This document shows positions 54,985 to 64,000 of a stretch of 64,000 nucleotides of DNA, one piece after another (position 1 is the stretch's first letter; every line of letters starts with the position of its first letter). The notes under the pieces were generated by a model. It did not search any database, was not told the origin of the DNA, and was given only the letters and a program-made list of their open reading frames with translations. A program made the position numbers and the translations under genes. The DNA lies in assembly GCF_009914755.1 (NCBI RefSeq), contig NC_060934.1; one strand, written 5' to 3'. The stretch is from the human T2T-CHM13v2.0 reference genome, Homo sapiens.

Positions 54985-55872
54985 ATCGACAAATCTGTTC
55001 CCCCCAAAGATGGGCTTTTTCTGGGTTTGGTGTCACTGAAGCCTATATACAAAGCTGAAAGGGAGCATCAACTAGTGAGGACTTGATTCCATGGCTACAT
55101 AATTGAAAGGCAGGAACCTGGCTCAGAAATCAACTTTAGGACAAGTGAGGAGTGAGAGGGCAAAAATATAGGCTCTCTCTAATGAAGGGGTTGGCCATTA
55201 AAAATGAGGTGAGGAATATTCATGTCTTTTCCAGAAATGAGTGGTGAACTTGAGTGCCACCTTCCTTTTGTCCTTTAATGGCTTCTTCTGGTCATTGTCA
55301 TGGTGATTGTAAACTGTCATGGTGATGGTCAACTGTCATGGCACTAGTGGGAGTGTCATTTAGCATGAGAATGAGATTATAATGAAACCTGAGCTCTTTT
55401 TGAAGTTGTTAAGTCCTTTGATTAGCTACCATGATTCTAACCAGTCTCAGGTGGTCTGGTTATAAGTAGAACTTTGTCACAGGCATCCTGTTTCTTTTCT
55501 TTTTTTTTCTTTTTGAGATGAACTTTCACTCTTGTTGCCCAGGCTGGAGTGCAATGGTGCAATCTCGGCTCACCGTAACCTCACCTCCAGGGTTCAAGCG
55601 ATTCTCCTGTCTCAGTCTCCCTAGTAGTTGGGATTACAGGCATATGCCACCATGCCCGGCTAACTTTTTTTTGTATTTTTTGTATTTTTAGTAGAGACAG
55701 GGTTTCTCCATGTTGGTCAGGCTGGTCCCGAACTCCCGACCTCAGGTGATCTGCCCACCTTGGCCTCCCAAAGTGCTGGGGTTACAGGTGTAAGCCACCG
55801 TGCCTAGTCCCTGTTTCTTAAAGAAGTTAGGATGGGGTAGAATTCAGCTAGGTCATATAGGCTGGTTAACAT
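54985..55872 (-). mobile_element. ERV1 MER4-group LTR (MER87/MER66-like) interrupted by an Alu
   Basis: Minus start tgttaaccagcctatatgacctagctgaattc; block gacactcccactagtgccatgacagtt; left boundary uncertain. Confidence 0.55.
55497..55810 (-). mobile_element. AluSp-like
   Basis: ttcactcttgttgcccagg and tttctccatgttggtcagg; TSD ctgtttctt. Confidence 0.9.
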
Positions 55873-56886
55873 GAGGGGTGTCTTTGGGAAGTAGACATAG
55901 AAATAAAATTCCTGGACAAAAGGTATGAGTATCTATGAAGTTACTATTTAATGCAAAATTGTTCTTTCAATTAATTGTTTCATTGTCCCCTAACCCCTGC
56001 CCACTCCAGTCCCCAATCAGTATATTAGAATTGCCATGTTTCCATATTTTCTCTAATACTTCATCTTCTGAGACATTTTGATTATTGCCCATTATACTAG
56101 TGTGAACTAATATCTACTTGCTGGATACATTTACATTCTGCTGATTTTCACTTATTCATTCTCATATGCTTATTGGAATTAAAATACTTCTATTAACAAA
56201 GAATTCTTAAATTTCTAAAATAAAATCTACGTATTTTATGATAGATTTTATTTAGACTATTTGGATGCAATTGGCCAGTATTTAAGATTTTTATATCTCT
56301 ATTTATGTAATATTAAACTATAAATTTTCTTTCTTATACCCTCTTTTGTCAAATTTCGGGATTAAAGGTTGCCATAGCATTAATAAACAGTTGTGAAAAA
56401 TTCCTACTTTTTCTATTTTATGAAATAATTTCTTTAATATATGGATTATTTGTAAGCAAATTTTGGTAAGCTCTTCTGTAATACTATTTGGGCATGGTAA
56501 CATTTTGTGGGTGTATTTTGGCTACTGATTCAAGTTTCATAAATGAATATAGACTTATTTGTGCTTTCAATTTCTTCTTAGGTAACTTCTATGAATTAAT
56601 ATTTTCCTAGAAACAATAATTTTATCCAAGTTTTCACATCTGTTGGCGTAAAATTAGTCATGGTAATCTCTCGTATGTTTACATATTTTCTATTAGCTAT
56701 ACTGCTTGTCCCTTGCTCATTATCTTGATTGTTTTTATCAATCTGCCCATAGATTATTCATCACATCAGATTTTTCAGAACCAAGACATTGGTTGTGTTA
56801 TTTCTATATTCCTTGGTTTTATATCTCATTAAAATTTGCTTTTATTTATTACTTTCTTCCTTTTACTCTCTTTGGACTTACTCTGC

Positions 56887-57226
56887 GTGTTAGTCTGTTT
56901 TCACACTGTTGATAAAGACATATGCGAGACTGGGTAATTTTTACAGGGAAAAGGTTCCATGTGGCTAGGGAGGCCTCACAATCATGTTGGAAGGCAGACA
57001 GGAGCATGTCACATCTTACATGGATGGCAGCAGGCAAAAAGAGCGAGCTTGTGCAGGGAAACTCCCCCTTATAAAACTATCAAATCTTGTGAGACTTATT
57101 CACTATCATGAGAACAGCATAGGAAGGACATGCCCCTATGATTTGATTGCCTCCCTCTGGGTTCCTGCCACAACATATGGGAATTGAAGATGAGTTTTGG
57201 GTTAGGGACACAGCCAAACCATATCA
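56887..57226 (-). mobile_element. THE1 solo LTR
   Basis: gtgttagtctgttttcacactgttgataaagacata...cagccaaaccatatca. Confidence 0.9.
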
Positions 57227-57339
57227 CACTGTGATTTTTTTTTGAGTAAAAGTTTGTTCATTAATTTAAATTATTTTATTCTCTAACATATGCATTGGAG
57301 GATATAAGCGTAGTTCTATCTAACTTAAACTGCATTTCA

Positions 57340-58375
57340 TAATTTTTAATAGCTTTATTAAGGTATAATTAACATACAATAAATTGTAATATTAATGTGT
57401 AAATATTACACGTTAAATATTATGAAATGATCATTTCTGTCCCCAATTTCCAGCAATCAATCATCTACTTTCTGTCACTATACATAAGTTTATATTACCT
57501 GGAACTCTACAGTATATCTCCCTTTTTTGTCTGGCTTTGTTCACTCAGCATAATTTTTTAGAGTTAGTCATGTTGTTGTGTAGATCAATGGTTCATTTCT
57601 GTTTGTTCCAGAGTAACATTCCATTAGAGAGATATACAACATTTTTTAAAATCATAAACCTGTTGATGAACATTTGGACTATTTATAATTTTTGGCTATT
57701 ACTAATAGTGCTGCTGTCAATATTTGTGTACAAGTTTTTCTATGGACATACAGTGTCATTTCTCTTGAGTAAATACCTAGGAGTGAAATGGATAAATCAT
57801 GTCAGATTTATAATTTACAATTGTACAATTGCTTTCCAAAGTAGCTTGGTTATTACCAATTTACATTTTGACCACCAGCATATGAGAACTCCAGTTCTTC
57901 TGCATTCTTGCCAACACTTTATTTAAACTTTTTAAATGTAGCTGTTTTCATGGATGTCTTATAATATCTCATAAGGATAAAATTTGCATTTCACTAATGA
58001 ATAATGAATAATGTCGAACATCTTTTTAACCATCTGTCTAGCTTCTTTGGTGAAGTGTGTGTGTTCAAATGTTTTGTCTATTTTTTAGTTGTTTTTTTTC
58101 TTACTCTTGAGCTTTGGGAGTTTTCATGTATTGTAGATATAAGTCTTTTATCAGATATATACTTTGTAAATCTTTTCTCCCAATATGTGATTCATCCTGT
58201 CTTCTTTACATTGTATTTAGAAAACCAAGTTTTAAATTTTGATATCTAATTTATTGATATTTTTATTTTATGGATTATGCTCTTGGTGTTATAGCTAAGA
58301 AGTCTTTGCCTAATACAAAACCACAAAGCTTTTCTCCTGCACTTCCAGAATTTTATAGATTCAGGTTTTATATTT
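57340..58375 (-). mobile_element. L1M (MC/MD-type) 3' region
   Basis: tttttaatagctttattaaggtataattaacatacaataaa...cttgagtaaatacctaggagtgaaatgg...gaagtctttgcctaa. Confidence 0.75.
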
Positions 58376-59225
58376 AGTAATATATCAAAAACATATCATA
58401 TATTATAAAGATATACTACATATCATAATGCATCATACATTATGAAATGTATGGCACAATAAAAAGAAAATGTGTAATATATTTAAACAGCGTAAAGAAT
58501 GAACAAAAACACCTATATGCCCATAAACCAGTGTCTAAAGGAGAACATTACAACGCGTATTCCTCTCTAATCTCAGCTCTTCTGCACATATCACTAGATG
58601 ACACTTTCTTTTGTTGTTTAATGCTTAGGTCCCTAGCAACATATTGCCTTTATTGTTGCCCCTCCTTATCATTTGTAAAAATATAATCAAACTGCATTCC
58701 TGAGTTGCTTTTCTTGTTTAATATTGTGTTTTGGAAATTCATCCAAGGTGGTTGGAGAATATTAATTTTTATGTCTATTATTATATATGTTTACTGTGTA
58801 TTTATGCAACCTACCATTGCTGACTTTTGATATTTTAAGGCTTTTATTTTATACAATGTTGAAATAAATATTTTTATGTTATGTCCTCTTGGACATTATA
58901 TGGTAATACCTTTTCAATATTTATGTCATTTTATATACATATACATATATAATGTATACCACAATATATATTCACCTTTATTAGATAATGCTAAATAGTT
59001 TCCAAAGTAGTTATAACAAATTACACTCACACCAGCAATGTATGAGACTTTCATTCTTAAACATACTACCATCAGTTAGTATTACAGGGCCTTTTCATTT
59101 TTAGCAACCTGGCTGGTATGTAGTCATATCTTATTGTTATATTAATTTCATTTGCCTGATGATTAATAAAATTATGTCTTCTAATATGTTTATTAGACAC
59201 TTGTGTTTCCTTCTTTTTTTCAATA

Positions 59226-60182
59226 CAAGCACCTAAGAGATATTGCAGCATTAATTCCAGACCACTACAATAAAGCAAGTATCACCATAAACCAAGTCAA
59301 ACAAATTTTTGGGTTTCCCAGCAAATACAGAAGTTATATTTACACTATACTGTACTTTATTAAGTGTGCTATAGCACTGTGTCTTTTAAAAAATAAACAC
59401 TTTAATTTAAAAATACTTCATCGCTAAAAAATGCTAACAATCATCTGAGCCTTCGGCGAGACTCATCTTTTTCTGGTGGAGGGCCTTGCCTTGATGTTAA
59501 TGACTGCACACTGGTGAGGGTGGTGGTTGTGGAAGGTTGGGGAGGCTGTGGCAATTTCTTAAAATAAGACAACAGTGGAGTTTGCAGCACTGATTCATTC
59601 TTCTTTTCATGAAAGATTTCTCTATAGCATGCGACGCTCTTTGGTAGCATTTGACCCACAACAGAACTTCTTTTCAAAATTGGAGTTATTCAGCTGGGCG
59701 CAGTGGCTCATGCCTGTAATCCCAGCACTTTGGGAGGCCCAGGCGGGTGGATCACGAGGTCAGGAGATCGAGACCATCCTGGCTAACACGGTGAAACCCC
59801 GTCTCTACTAAGAACACAAAAAATTAGCCGGGCATGGTGGCGGGCACCTGTAGTTCCCAGCTGCTTGGGAGGCTGAGGCAGGAGAATGGCATGAACCCAG
59901 GAAGCAGAGCTTGCAGTGAGTGGAGATGGCGCCACTGCACTCCAGCCTGGGTGACAGAGCGAGACTCTTTCTCAAAAAAGAAAAAAAAAAAAAAAAAAAA
60001 ATTGGAGTTATTTTTCTCGAACCCTGCTGCTACTCTATCAACTAAATGTATGTAGTATTCCAAATCCTTGGTTGTCATTTCAATAATGTTTACAACATCT
60101 TCACCAGGAGTAGATTCCATCTCCAGAAACCACTTTCTTTGCTCATCTGTAAGAAGCAACTCTTCATCCATTCAAGTTTTAG
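59226..60182 (-). mobile_element. Tigger1 (Tc1/pogo) one-ended fragment, interrupted by AluY
   Basis: TA then TIR-like caagcacctaagagatattgc...ccagaccactacaataaagc; transposase C-terminal peptides [25 protein letters not shown] and LLSYFKKLPQPPQPS. Confidence 0.9.
59692..60000 (+). mobile_element. AluY
   Basis: gatcgagaccatcctggctaacacggtg and gaatggcatgaaccc...gagcttgc; TSD aaaattggagttatt. Confidence 0.93.
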
Positions 60183-60554
60183 TGGTTTTTGTTTGTTTGT
60201 TTTGCCCAAAGGCACTATGTGTAAATCATTTATTTGAGGGAAAAAGAAAGGAATTGCAGTCATTCCTTCAATGAAGACTGTTTGCTTTATTAAATATTTT
60301 CACCCTGCCACTGTTTCCACGTTTTATAGATATACAATTTTTTGTTTCAATATGAAATCATAGTGTAATCTTTTAAAAGACATTTTAAGTGGCAACCATA
60401 TATGCATCTATGACCAACTTTACCCAAGTACAGGAAATGACATATGGTGACGCTATCTGGCCAGCAGCTTTTGTGAAGCACTCTAGATTGTGTAAAGTAC
60501 TACAACCTTTGAGAAGTTAACATGCAAAAAATACGTGCATCTCGTGCATCTCAG

Positions 60555-60664
60555 TAGTGTGGCCAAGTGTCGTCGTTTACCCAGGATTGATGAGGTTCTC
60601 AGAACACGGGACTTTTAGCACAACTAGGAAGCCCCAGATAAACCCACTTGAGTTGGTCTCTGTA
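60555..60664. mobile_element. MER81-like hAT MITE
   Basis: tagtgtggccaa...tttacccaggatt...acacgggacttttagcac...gagttggtctctgta, with decayed TIRs. Confidence 0.6.
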
Positions 60665-60677
60665 ATCAGAATCAATT

Positions 60678-61225
60678 CAGTATGATTGGTCAAAGGTACA
60701 AACTTTTAGTTAAAAGATTAGTAAGTTCTGGGGATGTAATGTATATCATGACAACTCCAGTTAGTAACATTGCATTGTGTATTTGAAATTTGTAACAAGA
60801 GTGTATATATATATATTTTTTTGTTTGTTTGTTTGTTTGAGACGGAGTCTCACCCTGTCTCCCAGGCTGAAGTGCAATGGCGCCATATCGACTCACTGCA
60901 ACCTCCACCTCCTGGGTTGAAGTGATTCTCCTGCCTCGGCCTCCCGAGTAGCTGGGATTACAGGCGCCCACCATCATGCCCGGCTAATTTCTGTATTTTT
61001 AGTAGAGACAGGGTTTCGCCATGTTGGCCAGGCTGGTCTTGAACTCCTGACCTCAAGTCATCCGCCTGCCTTGGCCTCCCAAAGTGTTGGGATTACAAGT
61101 GTGAGCTACCACACCCGGCCATGAACCGAGTAGATCTTAAGTGTTCTCACCACAAAAACATGATAAATTAATATGTGAGGTGGTGGATATATTAATTTGA
61201 TTGTAGTAATCATTTAATACAAAAT
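60678..61225 (+). mobile_element. L1MA 3' end, interrupted by an AluS (60816-61120, -)
   Basis: ggtcaaaggtacaaacttttagtt...gagtagatcttaagtgttctcaccacaaaaa. Confidence 0.8.
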
Positions 61226-63545
61226 TTATATTGTATATTATATGCATATATATGTATATATGTATATATAATATATAATATTTTATATTATACATATTTT
61301 CTATATATATATATAATACCTCATTGAGGTATAATTGACAAAAATGTTATATTTGATGTGGATAATGTGATTTATACATCGCCACCTTAAATATATACAT
61401 TTTTGTCACTTATACTTCAATGAAGTTGAAACTGTGTTGTGGTAATTTCAATGACGATTGTTTTTCATTTCTGTAAGTTTTATTTGTTTTTTCTTTTTTT
61501 TATTTTTTCCCCAAATCAGCCTCCTCTTTTTTCATGGTGTTACTATGGGTTACTTTCTTTCTTTTTTATATTAATTTCTTGGCTTAGGGCCTCTGCACAA
61601 TGTGAGTTTGTAAATCTACACCTTCACCTGCATGTGGCAAAGACCTGGAGTTTTGATTTCTCATGGGAAATTATGCTTCTCCCTCAAACATGCCCCTCCA
61701 GAGCTCAGGCAGAAGACAAACAGGGTTACAGGCAGGCAGAGTTCTCTAGTCTGTTTTCACTAACCCGGGGTCCTTTTGGCAGACTAGGCTTAACTTAGGG
61801 GTCTCTGTTTCCACTCACTGCCCTATATGGATCCATGGCTACCTGGATATTTTCTCATAGCCATTAACTTCAGCATTTGCTCTAGGCCCCATATCCAGGC
61901 TGATACACCCCTACAACCACCCACCATCTGTAACAATTTAATTTCACATAGATATGCCCACCACCAACATCCTCAGTCTGTCTCTGTCTTATATCAGTTC
62001 CGTTTCACACTTCTGCCTCTGAGTTTCTTCTTTGTTTCTAGCACCTAGAGATTTCCCTTTCTTTCTGTTTGGCTTAAGTTTTAAATGTTGCTGTTACTGT
62101 ATTTTATCTAGCAGTTTGGTATGCCTATTAGAGGTCATGGTCTGCATCAACTCAGGCAATCGTCAGAAACCGGTGGAAATTATCTTTGTCCTCTTTAGCT
62201 TCATAAACACAGACACACACACATGCACACACAACATGGACAGAATAATAAGCTCTCCTTCTTCTGAGAATCAGTTTTACAGCTTCTTCCTTATGTACAT
62301 GAATTGCAGAGTTTTGATATTTTCACAATTATGGTGTGCATCATGGAAAGAGAAATAAAAGCCAAGCCCCTTTCTTTCTGATTCTATCATGAACTCCATA
62401 ATTAATGTAAATGGATGAGCTACTTGGATTCCAGTTTTACAAAGAGAGGCACTCAAGTCTGATGCACGAGCCTGAAAGGTCTTCTCTCCTCACAAATGCA
62501 TGGATGTATTGAAGGGGCTTGGAGGAAGGAAAATAGTCCCTGCTCCACCTAACCTAAGTACATCTTCAGAATTCCAAAATCAGTGACAGATATCACATCC
62601 TAGGTGCATAGGATCTGCAGGAGGTGCTTGGAGTCCTGTGTAGATGAGTAATGGTTACAATATCAGGAGTCTTTCATGCAGACACATGAGCACTTTATGA
62701 GTGAGAAGCAGTAAAGCATTGTGGTTATAGTGCTATACTTAATATTAGAAAGACTGAAGTTCACATTCCAGTTTTGCAACATAGTTGTTATGTTACCAAA
62801 GCCCTTTGAGATTTAGATTCCTTATCTGTATAATAATATATTTACTATTCAAATAATGCTTTATTTAAAATATACATTAATTATGGAGTTCATGATTGTG
62901 TCAGAATTCTATCATAAATAAAGCATTATTTGCTTTATTATTTAGTAACAATATTTACTTCATATGTCTCTCGAAAATTTTAAATAAGAGTGCTAACCCT
63001 TAGCGTAGACTCAAACATTTCAGAATATTTATTATTACCTCCATTTATAGTATATTTCATTGTAATTATTACTGGCACATTTCTCTTACGCACTACACAG
63101 GGAGCTCCTTAAATTCAGAGAGTTTGTATTGTTCATTATTGTATCTTCAATGTCAAGATCAAGAAGAACTTTGAAACCTTTTGAATTAATAATCAAGGTA
63201 ATACATTAGAAATATTCATCTAGTGAAGTCACACATCATGGATCAGAACTTACAAGACTAAAGCTTGGAAGGTTAGTTAAGAAATCATGACAATATGAGA
63301 AAATTTGATGGGAACAAGCCTTAGAAATGGTGGTTAAGGATAAACAGAGGTCAAAGACTTCTAACTTTGGTACCTGAGGGAGTCATTTTCTATAGAAAGA
63401 AATCCTAAGTTTAATTTTTGATATCATCTGCCATTTTTAAACTAAGTAGCCTTCATTAAATCCCCATCATCTGAAGTAACCTAATGTATCTCTGATCCTT
63501 GAAGCCCAAGGGCTGCTATGTAATACAGGTGGTCTGGAGTGCATC

Positions 63546-63574
63546 TGTGTGTGTGTGTGTATGTGTGTGTGTGT
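63546..63574. repeat. (TG)n microsatellite
   Basis: tgtgtgtgtgtgtgtatgtgtgtgtgtgt. Confidence 0.9.
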
Positions 63575-64000
63575 ACCTGAGGCAAGTAGTTAACTTGCAC
63601 ATAATTTTGGCAGAAACCACTCAAGCCCATTGCTTCTTCTGAAGATAATATGTTTTCACACCTTTTCCTTTGGGTATATTCAACTAATTATTCATCAAGA
63701 ACTTACTCTTGTCAACATAATAGCATGGAAAGGGACAATTACTTAATTTGTCAACTGAATAGCACTGTCTTTGTTTATTTTGCTGGCCATGTTCTATCAA
63801 TTTCCTTTGCTGCTTTAAAATCTGCTGATTGAATTAATGCCATTCTGGGATGTTTTAGTTATCAGGATTATCTCTTCTAATTTATTTTTTATATTTTGGC
63901 AACAACTCAAAACACTGTTGAAACCGTGTGCATCCTAAAAAGCTCCAGTGATAGCAGTGCTACAGCATCACTGTCTTGCTCAACAAGCCCCTTGGGAGTG

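Overview
This is repeat-dense primate genomic DNA. It is probably human or another great ape, given the AluY, a young L1PA and an LTR7. I see no intact protein-coding gene, and almost all ORF-track entries are chance or repeat-derived. Main content: (1) a full-length ~7.2 kb MER57/MER4-group ERV1 provirus (-) with TSD, PBS, integrase remnant and env remnant; (2) a full-length MST-type MaLR; (3) a young L1PA (-) that keeps its 5' end but has lost its 3' end; (4) an old, full-length processed pseudogene of AMD1 (S-adenosylmethionine decarboxylase, +); (5) a full-length L1PB (-) carrying a solo HERV-H LTR7 in its 5'UTR; (6) many solo LTRs, about 17 Alus, Tigger1, MADE1, MER81, and MIR/L2/L1M debris. 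The most interesting signal is the AMD1 retrocopy. Its CDS is destroyed, but it keeps fossils of both translational-control modules of AMD1 mRNA: the polyamine-sensing uORF (here MAGDIR*) and a 100-codon stop-free reading frame hidden in the 3'UTR (the post-stop 'tail'). Other notable signals are the pluripotency-type LTRs (an LTR7 with two ACAAAAGA sites, and LTR9 with octamer motifs) and recurrent fold-back or templated-insertion scars. Repeat subfamily names and the parent AMD1 sequence come from my memory of consensus sequences, not from a database search.
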